From: Candidatus Saccharimonadota bacterium
GTDB lineage: Bacteria > Bacteroidota > Bacteroidia > Flavobacteriales > Blattabacteriaceae
Reading direction: 5' to 3'
NCBI RefSeq assembly: GCF_000709555.1
Contig: NZ_CP006873.1
Location: 60,001-92,000 of the forward strand
Length of the DNA: 32,000 nt
The notes below the pieces were generated by a model that had not been told where the DNA came from, did no database searches, and was given only the letters and a program-made list of their open reading frames with translations. The translations under genes were made by a program, and so were the position numbers. Each line of letters opens with the position of its first letter. Positions within the stretch are counted from its first letter, which is position 1. Of this stretch, positions 9,844 to 19,059 are shown one piece after another.

Positions 9844-10997
9844 GAAATTATTCCTGAGCCAATGAGTTCTTCACCAAGATACCATGCCACAAATTGTCCT
9901 TCAGTAATTGCCCATTGTGGTTGTTCAAATATAGTATAAAGTCCAATTTTTACTTTATGTAAAAAAGCTCTCTGTAGAGGTTGTCTGTATCGTATTCGAC
10001 ATGTCACTTCTAGGCTTTTACCATTATTCAATGCGAGATCAGATCTGACCCAATGAATATCATTTTCCTTTACAAATAAGGCTCTTTTATAAAGTCCTGG
10101 ATGATTTTTTCCCATACCAACATATACGATATTATTCTCAATATCTGTATCTATAACAAAAAGCCTTTCAATCTGTCCTCCTATTCGTAACCCTTTTCTT
10201 TGTCCTTTAGTGAAATAATACGCTCCAGGATGGTTTCCAATCACCTTTCCACAATTCCTGTTATAAATAGTCTTTTTTGCCATCATAGACCACGTTTCTT
10301 CTTTATGTTCCGTAAACGCTACATGATTTGAAGGAATCTTTATAATATCTCCATATTGGGGTTTTATCTTTTTCTTAAGAAAATCAGGGAGTTTAACTTT
10401 TCCTACAAAACAAAGCCCTTGTGAATCTTTTTTATGAGCTGTTATTAACCCAATTTTTTCAGCATATTTTCGTACCTCCCTTTTTTTTAGTTGACCTAAG
10501 GGGAATAAACTTTTACTCAATTGTTCCTGATTAAGTTGACAAAGAAAATAGGATTGATCTTTCTCATGGTCTATTCCTGCTAACAATCTGGATATCTCAC
10601 GATGGTTCTTAAATAATTTTTCTCGTCTAGCATAATGCCCCGTAGCAATAAAATCAGCTTTAAGAGAAAGAGATTTTTTAAAAAAAAAATCGAATTTTAT
10701 TTCACGATTGCATAATATATCTGGATTAGGGGTTCGCCCATTAGCATATTCTTGAAACATATATTCTATAATACGCTTCTCATACATTTCACTCATATCT
10801 AGTATATGAAAAGGGATCCCTAGTTGTTGTGCCACAAACATCGCATCAGTACTATCTTCTCTCCTGGAACATTCTTGCTCTGCATTGTTACAATTATGCA
10901 TAAAAACACCTATTACTTCATAACCTTGTTCTTTTAATAGCCATGCTGTGACACTAGAATCTACTCCTCCCGAGAGACCTACTATTACTCTGGGCAA
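9840..10997 (-). CDS. mnmA: tRNA-specific 2-thiouridylase (s2U34 synthesis)
   Basis: 385 aa with PP-loop VGLSGGVDSSV and both catalytic Cys contexts (NPDILCNREIKF, DSQGLCFVG). It has an apparent TTG start and a 4-nt convergent overlap with the upstream + strand gene. Confidence 0.95.
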   Translation of the reverse strand: MPRVIVGLSGGVDSSVTAWLLKEQGYEVIGVFMHNCNNAEQECSRREDSTDAMFVAQQLGIPFHILDMSEMYEKRIIEYMFQEYANGRTPNPDILCNREIKFDFFFKKSLSLKADFIATGHYARREKLFKNHREISRLLAGIDHEKDQSYFLCQLNQEQLSKSLFPLGQLKKREVRKYAEKIGLITAHKKDSQGLCFVGKVKLPDFLKKKIKPQYGDIIKIPSNHVAFTEHKEETWSMMAKKTIYNRNCGKVIGNHPGAYYFTKGQRKGLRIGGQIERLFVIDTDIENNIVYVGMGKNHPGLYKRALFVKENDIHWVRSDLALNNGKSLEVTCRIRYRQPLQRAFLHKVKIGLYTIFEQPQWAITEGQFVAWYLGEELIGSGIIS

Positions 10998-11021
10998 GAC
11001 GTTAAATTTTTATTGTATAGA

Positions 11022-12152
11022 TTAAAACATCTCTCTTACACGATCAAAAAAGGATTTTTCCTGACTCTTATGTGGAATAAAATTATCGTCCTCTTTCATT
11101 TTTTCAAACATTTCTCTTTGTTCACGACTTATTTTTTTAGGAATCCAAACATTAATATGGATTAGCATATCTCCATAACCACGTCCTTCAAAATTGGGTA
11201 TTCCCTTTCCCTTCATCCGTAAAATTTTTCCTGATTGTGTTCCAGATTCTATAGTAATGCGTGCTTTACCTACTAAGGTAGTGACTTCTTTAGTGGTTCC
11301 TAAAACAGATTCAGGTATAGATATATCTAAATCATAATGTAAGTTTAGACCTTCACGTTGTAGTTTTTCATGTGGCATTTCTTCAATTAAAGCAATCAAA
11401 TCTCCATTAATCCCTTCAAAAGGAGCTTCATTTCCTTTTCCAGCTACTTTAAGCTGCATCCCTTCTGTTACTCCCGCAGGAATCTGGATCTTTACGAGTT
11501 CCTCCTCCTTAATCATCCCTTGACTATTAGCTCCAACAGGAATATGATCTATAATTTTTCCTCTGCCTTGGCATGCTCCACAAGTACTCAGAGTTTGCAT
11601 TCTTCCTAAGAAAGTATTGGTAATCTGAGAAAATTGTCCATTTCCCTTACAATGTCTACATATTTTAAAGCTTACCCCTTTGGCCATTTTCATTCTCCGG
11701 ACTTTTACTTTCTTTTCTACACCCTTGTAAATTTCCTCTAAGGATAGCTTTATTCTAATTCGAAGATCACTTCCTTTTATACGTTTTTTTCGAGGATCTC
11801 CTCCAAATCCAAAACCTGAAAACGCACCTTCAAAAGCATCACCAAAAATATCCCCCAAATTAGCAAAGATATCCTCCATATTCATCCCTGCTCCACCAGA
11901 ATAGGTGTTTCCGATGCTGGAATGTCCAAACTGATCATATTTTTTTCTTTTCTCAGGAGAACTCAACACTTCATAAGCCTCAGCAGCTTCCTTAAATTTT
12001 TCTTCTGCTGTCTTATTTCCAGGATTTTTATCGGGATGATAATGTATAGCAAGTTTCCTATAAGCTTTTTTAATCTCTTCTGCAGAGGCATTTCTTGAGA
12101 CTCCTAATATTTCGTAATAATCTCTTTTTGCCATGACCTGTTTATTTACCAA
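11022..12152 (-). CDS. dnaJ: Molecular chaperone DnaJ
   Basis: 376 aa with a J domain (DYYEILGV...HYHPDKN), a G/F-rich linker, two CxxCxGxG motifs ([16 protein letters not shown]) and C-terminal substrate-binding domains. Confidence 0.95.
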   Translation of the reverse strand: MVNKQVMAKRDYYEILGVSRNASAEEIKKAYRKLAIHYHPDKNPGNKTAEEKFKEAAEAYEVLSSPEKRKKYDQFGHSSIGNTYSGGAGMNMEDIFANLGDIFGDAFEGAFSGFGFGGDPRKKRIKGSDLRIRIKLSLEEIYKGVEKKVKVRRMKMAKGVSFKICRHCKGNGQFSQITNTFLGRMQTLSTCGACQGRGKIIDHIPVGANSQGMIKEEELVKIQIPAGVTEGMQLKVAGKGNEAPFEGINGDLIALIEEMPHEKLQREGLNLHYDLDISIPESVLGTTKEVTTLVGKARITIESGTQSGKILRMKGKGIPNFEGRGYGDMLIHINVWIPKKISREQREMFEKMKEDDNFIPHKSQEKSFFDRVREMF

Positions 12153-12600
12153 CGATAACTTTTGCGTGCCGAATTACTTTATTATGTAAACTGTAACCAC
12201 TTTCTACTATTTCTATAATCCTTCCTTTTAATTCTTCTGAAGGAGATAACGTCTGAGTAATAGCTTCATGATAATCAGTATTAAAAGAATCTCCTTTTTT
12301 AACTTGTATTTCTTTAAGCCCGTTTTCTTTAAGAATTCGTAACAATTTATCTTGTATTAATTCAACACCTCGAATAATGTCATCATTTTTTGATTTTTTT
12401 ATTTCCGATATACCCCTTTCAAAATCATCTAGTACAGGAATTAAGGTTATCATAACATTCTTATGAGCAGTTTTAAATAGATCTATTCGTTCTTTATGAA
12501 TACGTTTTTTATAATTTTCAAATTCAGCAAAAAGACGCAAAAACTTATATTTTTCTTTTTCTAATTTTTTTGTCAGTTCTTGTTTAAGTGATGTATTCAT
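12142..12600 (-). CDS. grpE: Nucleotide exchange factor GrpE (compact)
   Basis: 152 aa with [20 protein letters not shown] and [16 protein letters not shown]. It overlaps dnaJ by 11 nt, giving a grpE-dnaJ operon. Confidence 0.9.
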   Translation of the reverse strand: MNTSLKQELTKKLEKEKYKFLRLFAEFENYKKRIHKERIDLFKTAHKNVMITLIPVLDDFERGISEIKKSKNDDIIRGVELIQDKLLRILKENGLKEIQVKKGDSFNTDYHEAITQTLSPSEELKGRIIEIVESGYSLHNKVIRHAKVIVGK

Positions 12601-12757
12601 AAGTTACATTTTGCAAAAAACAAATTACAAAATTCTTGCCAAAAAATATAAATATCTAAAGATGTCATTCTGACATTATAGAAAAAATATCAAATATAAA
12701 TGGGGTTCTTATTACTAAAAAGCGCATTAGTATTATATTCATAGTAAAAATAAGAAA

Positions 12758-14161
12758 ATGAATATCTATGATTTAATTATCATTGGTTCTGGCCCGGGTG
12801 GTTATGTAGCCGCTATCAGAGCAGCACAACTTGGATTTAAAACAGCTATTATTGAAAAGTATTCTACTCTTGGAGGTACTTGTTTAAACGTCGGATGTCT
12901 TCCTTCTAAAACGCTATTAGACTCTTCAGAATATTACCAAAATGCCCTAAAAAATTTCCTCTCGCACGGTATTATTTATAAAGATATTTCATTAGATTTT
13001 TCTAAAATGATGGAGAGAAAAAACCAAGTTGTATTTCAAACCTGTGAAGGAATAAAGTACCTAATGAATAAAAATAAAATTTCTGTTTATCATGGAACAG
13101 GTGGTTTCAAAACAAAAAATAAAATTGAGATAAAATCTCAAGATCGGACTTATAAAGAAATTTCTTTTCGAAACGCTATTATTGCTACTGGATCAAAACC
13201 ATCTAGTTTTCCTTATTTAAGGATAGACAAAAATAGAATCATTAGCTCTACTGAAGCTCTTTCATTAAAAGAAATACCCAACCGTTTGGTTATTATTGGA
13301 GGAGGGGTAATTGGGATAGAAATCGGTTCTCTATATAGAAGACTAGGTAGTGAGACAACAGTCATTGAATTTTCAGACCGAATTGTTCCTTTCATGGATC
13401 TTTCTGTGTCTAGAGAACTTAAAAAAATTTTAACAAAGTCAGGAATAAAATTTTATCTTTCTACCTCAGTTACTTCCGCTGAATCAAATGGGAAAGAGGT
13501 CATAGTGTTGGCAAAGACAAAATCTGGAGAATCTCTTTCCTTTGTATCAGATTATGTGCTGGTAGCTGTTGGGAGAAAGCCTAATACAAAGGAATTGCAA
13601 CTTGCAAAGATAGGATTAAAAACTACAAGTAAGGGGTTTATTCCTGTAAATAACAGATTGCAAAGCACTTGTGAAAACATATATGCTATTGGGGATGTTA
13701 TTGGGGGAGCTATGTTAGCTCATATAGCTGAAGAAGAAGGTATTTTTGTAGTTGAACATTTGTCTGGACAAAATCCGCATATTAACTATGAATTGATGCC
13801 TTCAGTAATATATACTTCTCCTGAGGTGGCTACAGTAGGAAAAACAGAAGAACAGTTGAAAACTAATAAAATACTCTATAAATCTGGTCAATTCCCTATG
13901 CGTGCATTAGGTAGAACCCGGGCCTGTGGCAATTTAGATGGATTTATAAAAATATTAGCAGATAAAAATACTGATCAGGTATTAGGAGTTCATATGATAG
14001 GAGCTCGTGCATCTGACATGATCATGGAAGCTATTATAGCTATGGAATTTTCAGCTTCTGCTGAAGATATTGCTAGAATTTCACATCCACATCCTTCTTT
14101 TACAGAAGCCATTCGTGAAGCAGCGCTAGCAACTACTGAAAATAGACCTATTCATATTTGA
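12758..14161 (+). CDS. lpdA: Dihydrolipoyl dehydrogenase (E3 component)
   Basis: 467 aa with FAD fold IIGSGPGGYVAA, redox disulfide GGTCLNVGCLPSK, NAD fold VIIGGGVIGIE and C-terminal HPHPSFTE. Confidence 0.93.
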   Translation: MNIYDLIIIGSGPGGYVAAIRAAQLGFKTAIIEKYSTLGGTCLNVGCLPSKTLLDSSEYYQNALKNFLSHGIIYKDISLDFSKMMERKNQVVFQTCEGIKYLMNKNKISVYHGTGGFKTKNKIEIKSQDRTYKEISFRNAIIATGSKPSSFPYLRIDKNRIISSTEALSLKEIPNRLVIIGGGVIGIEIGSLYRRLGSETTVIEFSDRIVPFMDLSVSRELKKILTKSGIKFYLSTSVTSAESNGKEVIVLAKTKSGESLSFVSDYVLVAVGRKPNTKELQLAKIGLKTTSKGFIPVNNRLQSTCENIYAIGDVIGGAMLAHIAEEEGIFVVEHLSGQNPHINYELMPSVIYTSPEVATVGKTEEQLKTNKILYKSGQFPMRALGRTRACGNLDGFIKILADKNTDQVLGVHMIGARASDMIMEAIIAMEFSASAEDIARISHPHPSFTEAIREAALATTENRPIHI

Positions 14162-14216
14162 CATGGTAATAAAAGCTGCTTAGAACGATTAGTAAATGAT
14201 TAACTTTGTATTAAAA

Positions 14217-15592
14217 ATGTCTAATTCCGTTATGTTTAATCAAGATACCATTGTAGCTTTAGCTACTCCTGAGGGCCTAGGAGCTATTTCTGTTATACGA
14301 ATTTCAGGGTCTCAGGCTTTTTCAATAGTTGAGCCAGTTTTCAAGCCGGTTAAAAAAAAAACTTAAAATTTCAACATTCTTCTACATTGCATCTTGGTCA
14401 TCTTGTTGATAAAGAGGAAATTTTAGACAAAATTTTAGTTGCTGTATTTAAAGCACCGCATTCTTATACAGGTGAAGATCTTCTAGAAATTTCTTGCCAT
14501 GGCTCTCCTTATATAGTCCGTCGTGTTATTCAATTATTTATTAGAAAAGGAGCTCGTTCAGCCAATGAAGGAGAATTCACATTACGTGCTTTTCTCAACG
14601 GAAAAATAGATTTATCTCAAGCTGAAGCTATATCCGATTTAATCTCTTCAACATCAAAAACTGATCATCAATTAGCAATGCAGCAACTTAAAGGAGGAGT
14701 TTTAAATAAAATTCGATCCCTACGAAAGAAACTTATCGAGTTTTCCTCCCTTATAGAATTTTCTCTAGATTTTCCCGAAGAAGATGATTCTACGTATGAT
14801 AAGACACAACTTTCAAAGTTCCTAATACGTATTAAAAAACATATTCAGACTTTACTTGACTCTTTTGCATTAGGTAACGCGATAAAAGAAGGAATTTCTG
14901 TAGTTATTGTAGGTAAACCCAATGTAGGAAAATCGACCTTACTTAATGTTTTATTAAATGAAGAACGAGCTATTGTTTCAGAAATTCCGGGAACTACACG
15001 AGATATCATTGAAGATGAAATAATAATTGACGGTATCCGTTTTCGTTTCATTGATACAGCAGGAATACGTAACACAGAGAATCGGGTCGAAGTTTTGGGT
15101 ATTAAGAAAACTTTTGAAAAAATGCAACAAGCAAAAGTAATTTTTTATATGTTTGATGCAACAAATTTTAAAGAAAAAACTGTTGTAGAAGAAATACAAA
15201 ATTTACATACAACGTATACTGACAAAACTATTTTTATTATTGCTAATAAATCAGACCTTACTAAGGTAAAAGATTTCCCTTATGTTTTTTTTAGTATTTC
15301 AGCGAAAAAAAAAGAAGGGATACAGAGTATATTAAAAGCACTTTCTAATACGATTGATCGTAGTATGTTACAAAATCGTCCTATACTTACCCATATAAGA
15401 CATTATAACGCTTTACATAGATCTTTAAAGGCTATTTGCAATATTGAAAAAGGAATTCAAGAAAATCATTCCGGAGATCTACTAGCAGTAGATATACGAC
15501 AAGCATTAGAATCTATGGGAGAAATAAGTGGGGAGATTAGTAGTGAAGAATTGCTTAAAAATATTTTTTCAAAGTTTTGTATTGGAAAGTAA
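14217..15592 (+). pseudogene. mnmE: tRNA modification GTPase MnmE, interrupted by one frameshift in an A10 run (otherwise well conserved)
   Basis: The N-terminal piece 14217-14366 ([35 protein letters not shown]...KPVKKKT*) is in frame 3. The rest (..[19 protein letters not shown]... to FCIGK, 14354-15592) is in frame 2. The G domain is intact (GKPNVGKSTLLN, DTAGIR, NKSDL). Confidence 0.9.
14352..14361 (+). other. A10 homopolymer at the mnmE frame switch; one extra A would restore a single reading frame
   Basis: Read directly: gtt aaa aaa aaa act taa. With A11 it would read gtt aaa aaa aaa aac tta aaa ttt caa cat ..., which is [10 protein letters not shown] and continuous with the downstream ORF. 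Confidence 0.9.
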
Positions 15593-15619
15593 CTATATGA
15601 AAAAATATTCAATCCCTTG

Positions 15620-15692
15620 TGACCTGGCTGGGGCTTGAACCCAGGACCCTTACATTAAAAGTGTAATGCTCTACCAACTGAGCTACCAGGTC
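15620..15692 (-). tRNA. tRNA-Lys (anticodon UUU), 73 nt, no genomically encoded CCA
   Basis: The reverse complement reads GACCTGG TA GCTC AGTTGGTA GAGC A TTACA CTTTTAA TGTAA GGGTC CTGGG TTCAAGC CCCAG CCAGGTC A. This is a perfect cloverleaf with 7/4/5/5-bp stems and a T-loop TTCAAGC. The 3' flank is CAAGGG, not CCA. Confidence 0.95.
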
Positions 15693-15770
15693 CCTTTATT
15701 AGGAAAATGTACAATTATTTTTTGGATTTGACAAGCTATAATTTAAATTAGGACCTAATTCTAGAAAATT

Positions 15771-16289
15771 GTGCGAGTTGTTTTAATAGGATATATGGGA
15801 AGTGGGAAAACTACTATTGGAAGAATAGTAGCTAACTATTTAAAGTCTCACTTTTATGATCTAGACGAACTTATAACAATACAGGAAAAACAAAGTGTTA
15901 GAAAAATATTTTTAGAAAAGGGTGAAGATCATTTTAGATCTATAGAAAAAAATCTTTTAGCACTGTTTTTAAAATCTAAAAAAGAGTATGTTCTTTCTGC
16001 AGGTGGGGGTACCCCATGTTATGGTAACAATATTTCAATAATGAAACAATTCGCGAAGACAATTTATCTACGTTTAACTCCAGATATAATATTTAAACGT
16101 CTTTTTACTCAAAAGGATCAACGTCCGATCATATCTCATCTCTATGAGGAAAAACTTTTCGAATTTATTTCTCATCACCTTATACATAGAGTCGCCTTTT
16201 ATGAAAGAGCTCATTATACAATAGATGTTTCTGATAAATCTATTGCCGAAATAGCTCTAGATATCCACGATTTCTTATTATCTCTATAA
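15771..16289 (+). CDS. aroK: Shikimate kinase
   Basis: 172 aa with P-loop LIGYMGSGKTTIGR and a GGG motif (SAGGGTPCY). It has an apparent GTG start. Confidence 0.88.
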   Translation: MRVVLIGYMGSGKTTIGRIVANYLKSHFYDLDELITIQEKQSVRKIFLEKGEDHFRSIEKNLLALFLKSKKEYVLSAGGGTPCYGNNISIMKQFAKTIYLRLTPDIIFKRLFTQKDQRPIISHLYEEKLFEFISHHLIHRVAFYERAHYTIDVSDKSIAEIALDIHDFLLSL

Positions 16290-16292
16290 TTT

Positions 16293-17240
16293 ATGGATTT
16301 AAGATTATCTTTTTTCAATAACTTTAATCAAATCCTGCCATCAAATACTAGACATATTTTAGTAGCGGTGAGTGGTGGAGTAGATAGTATGGTATTACTA
16401 GATCTTTTACAAAATTCTATTTTTTCATTGAGCGTGGCACACGCTAATTTTCAGTTGCGCTCTATAGAGTCCGATGCTGATGAGGATTTTGTAAAAAACA
16501 AATGTCTCCAAAAACAAATCCCATTTTATGGTAAACGTTTTGACATTCTGACTCATGCCAAAATGAATAAATGTTCTGTCCAAATGTCTGCGAGGACTTT
16601 ACGTTATAATTGGTTTTATCATTTGGGGAAAAATCTTCATTGTGATTGTATAGTTTTAGGTCATAATCTCAATGATGAAATAGAAACTTTTTTTCTTAAC
16701 TTGTCAAGAGGAACTGGGTTAAAGGGATTACTTGGAATTCCTAAAAAGGTAGGACCTATATTACGTCCGTTATTACCTTTCACTAGAGAACAAATTATGC
16801 TATATGCTAGGAGCCGTAATCTTCATTGGAGAGAGGACTCCAGTAATAAAGAATCTAAATATTTCCGAAATGTTATCAGACATCGTGTAGTCCCTGTTCT
16901 CTTTAAAGTTTTCCCTAATTTTTATCAAAATTTTTCTCATACTCTCTATCACCTCAATCAGTATTATTCTCTTTCAGAACAAGCAGTTCAGATATCACGA
17001 ATACAAATTACAGTGATGAAGAAGATTGATCCTTTTTTATGGGAAATAAATACTGAAGTTTTAAAAAGATTTCATCCCATAAACGGTTATCTTTTTCGGT
17101 TATTTTCTCCCTATGGATTTAAAAATTTGCCTGATTTAAAACGTCTTTTACAAGCACAGCCTGGAAAACAACTGTTTTCAAAATCTTATCGTCTTGTCAG
17201 TGGGAAAAATCGGTGGTTACTAAGGCAAAAACGAATATAA
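16293..17240 (+). CDS. tilS: tRNA(Ile)-lysidine synthase, short form lacking the C-terminal TilS_C domain
   Basis: 315 aa with PP-loop VAVSGGVDSMVL, LGHNLNDEIETFFLNLSRGTGL and HWREDSSN. It ends about where flavobacterial homologues, as I recall them, continue for about 120 more residues. Confidence 0.88.
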   Translation: MDLRLSFFNNFNQILPSNTRHILVAVSGGVDSMVLLDLLQNSIFSLSVAHANFQLRSIESDADEDFVKNKCLQKQIPFYGKRFDILTHAKMNKCSVQMSARTLRYNWFYHLGKNLHCDCIVLGHNLNDEIETFFLNLSRGTGLKGLLGIPKKVGPILRPLLPFTREQIMLYARSRNLHWREDSSNKESKYFRNVIRHRVVPVLFKVFPNFYQNFSHTLYHLNQYYSLSEQAVQISRIQITVMKKIDPFLWEINTEVLKRFHPINGYLFRLFSPYGFKNLPDLKRLLQAQPGKQLFSKSYRLVSGKNRWLLRQKRI

Positions 17241-17296
17241 ATTTATATTCCATATTTCATATTATTTTTGTGATGTGAATCTAATCCGATTTAAAC

Positions 17297-17846
17297 ATGA
17301 AGAAAATTACTAAAAATGATTATTTGCAATGGGATGCTGATATGTTTTTTTGGAGAAGACAAATGTCGTTCTCTATATTTAAAACAAAAAATCAGACAAG
17401 AAGCCATTACGGCTGTATGGAGTAAAGACCGTCTGCTTTGTCAATGGGTAAAAGGCTGAACTTTGTGGAAAAGTAACTGGAGGTTCGATGCATAAGCAAA
17501 AAACATTGTTGGAGGACAGATCCCAGGATAAATATTTCAACGGGGTGATTTGGAAACTCCCGGTAGCTGAAAAAACGTCCAAAGCTATTGAAAAGGCTCG
17601 TTACGGAGATGGACCAACGTTTTTGGAAAACCTATAGATTTAGAGGAGAAACAAAAACGAAATTGAGGAGTCTAAAAAAAGTGGGCTTCTGAAAATAAGC
17701 TTAAAGCTATAGAAGCGCAAGTTAAGAAAGATGTAGAAGAATGCGCCCGATTTGCTGAACTTTATGATTTTCCTCCAATTGAGCAAATGTATGAAGTTGT
17801 ATATAATCAAAAAGATTATCCTTTTTGGTTAAAAGATCCAGACTGA
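17297..17846 (+). pseudogene. pdhA: Pyruvate dehydrogenase E1 alpha subunit, heavily eroded relic
   Basis: Collinear fragments in shifting frames: MKKITKNDYLQWDADMFFWRR, GQEAITAV, AELCGKVTGGSMH, NIVGGQIP, WKLPV, AIEKARYGDGPTFLE, TYRFRGE, and AIEAQVKKDVEECARFAELYDFPPIEQMYEVVYNQKDYPF. There are at least 5 frame breaks. About 550 bp remain versus about 1 kb intact. Confidence 0.85.
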
Positions 17847-17854
17847 AAAATAAG

Positions 17855-18744
17855 ATGGTAGAATTAATAACTATGCCTCGTTTAAGTGATACTATGGAGG
17901 AAGGCACTGTAGTAAAATGGGATACTGGTAGATTTACTTGCTGAAATAGAAACGGATAAAGCGCTGTTCAAGAATTCGAATCTGAATATAACGGATATCT
18001 TCTATCCTCCCGTAGACAGTGTATTGGCTGTTATCCCTCCTTGATAAAGTAACTTACCCAACTCTGTAAAGGAAAAAACTAATAATAAGAAAAGGATTTT
18101 CTCTTCTCCATTAGCTAGAAAAATTGCACGAGAAAAATCTATTTCACTTTCAAAAATAAAAGGAAGTGGGGTCGTCTAATAAAAAGAGATTGGTTGAATC
18201 GAAGTTTACAGCCCCGCACTATTATTTAATGATAGAAGTTGATATGAAAAATACTGTCCAATATCGGAAAGTTATTAACGAAAATTTAAAAGATATTAAA
18301 ATCTCTTTTAATGATTTTATAATCAAGGCTACAACTACGTGGAAAGAGGATCACACGATAATATTAACATCGGAATAGCTGTTGCTTCAGAACTGTTCGT
18401 TCCGGGAATTTTACAAGCTGATAAAAAAATGTTACGTAAAATTTCAGTAGAAGCAAAAGACAAATATAGCCGCCGTGCCAGAGAAAGAAAAATACAATCA
18501 AAAGAAATGGAAGGAAGTACTTTTACCATTTCGAATTTAGGAATGTTCGGTATAGAAATATTCACTTCTATTATTAATCAACCTAATTCCTGTATCCTTT
18601 CTGTAGGAACGATTTTGGAAAAACCCGTTATCAAACATGGTCAAATTGTTACTGGAAATATTATGAAACTTAGCTTAGCATGCGATCATAGGACAAGGCA
18701 CGCTTAAACAGTTTCTAGAAAATCCTATTATGATGATTTCCTAA
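17855..18744 (+). pseudogene. Dihydrolipoamide acetyltransferase (PDH E2), eroded relic
   Basis: Lipoyl domain start MVELITMPRLSDTMEEGTVVKW and AEIETDKA (17940-17963). Subunit-binding piece RIFSSPLARKIAREKSISLSKIKGSG. Catalytic-domain pieces ESKFTAPHYYLMIEVDM and EMEGSTFTISNLGMFGIEIFTSIINQPNSCILSVG...LACDHRT, then a break, and the tail FLENPIMM. There are multiple stops and frameshifts. Confidence 0.88.
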
Positions 18745-18760
18745 ATCAAAAAAATAGTTA

Positions 18761-19003
18761 ATGCAACTTTTATTTATAAATTTTGAGGAGAGTTTTTTTA
18801 TACTTCTTGTAGCCTTTTTAATTTTTGGGCCCCAAAAAATGCCATACATTGCACGTTCATTAGGAAAAAATCTCCGTTATTTTCATAATGTGACTCAAGA
18901 AATGCAACGGGCAATATGGGAAGTTACTGAGAAAAGCCCATATAATACAGTAAGTAAGGAACCCAAAACAAAATCTAACGAAATAGATGAAAATTTATCC
19001 TGA
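18761..19003 (+). CDS. tatA: TatA/TatB-family twin-arginine translocase subunit (putative)
   Basis: 80 aa with an N-terminal TM helix followed by the family pattern EESFFILLVAFLIFGPQKMPYIARSLGKNLRYF (hinge FG/P, amphipathic helix). The assignment rests on motif resemblance only. Confidence 0.55.
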   Translation: MQLLFINFEESFFILLVAFLIFGPQKMPYIARSLGKNLRYFHNVTQEMQRAIWEVTEKSPYNTVSKEPKTKSNEIDENLS

Positions 19004-19005
19004 CC

Positions 19006-19029
19006 GACATTGAGACATTGAGACATTTA
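19006..19029. repeat. Tandem octamer, about 3 copies (gacattga gacattga gacattta)
   Basis: Read directly in the convergent tatA-like / rpsA spacer. Confidence 0.7.
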
Positions 19030-19059
19030 TGTAGTTCTCAACTCGGTTTTCTTTTTTAA

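Noticed and set aside
12662-12676. A perfect 6-3-6 palindrome, ATGTCA TTC TGACAT, in the divergent grpE / lpdA spacer. It could be an operator or a heat-shock control site.
   Set aside because: It is too short to be significant; several such palindromes are expected by chance in 32 kb of AT-rich DNA. It does not resemble CIRCE or any operator I recognise, and no regulator gene is nearby.
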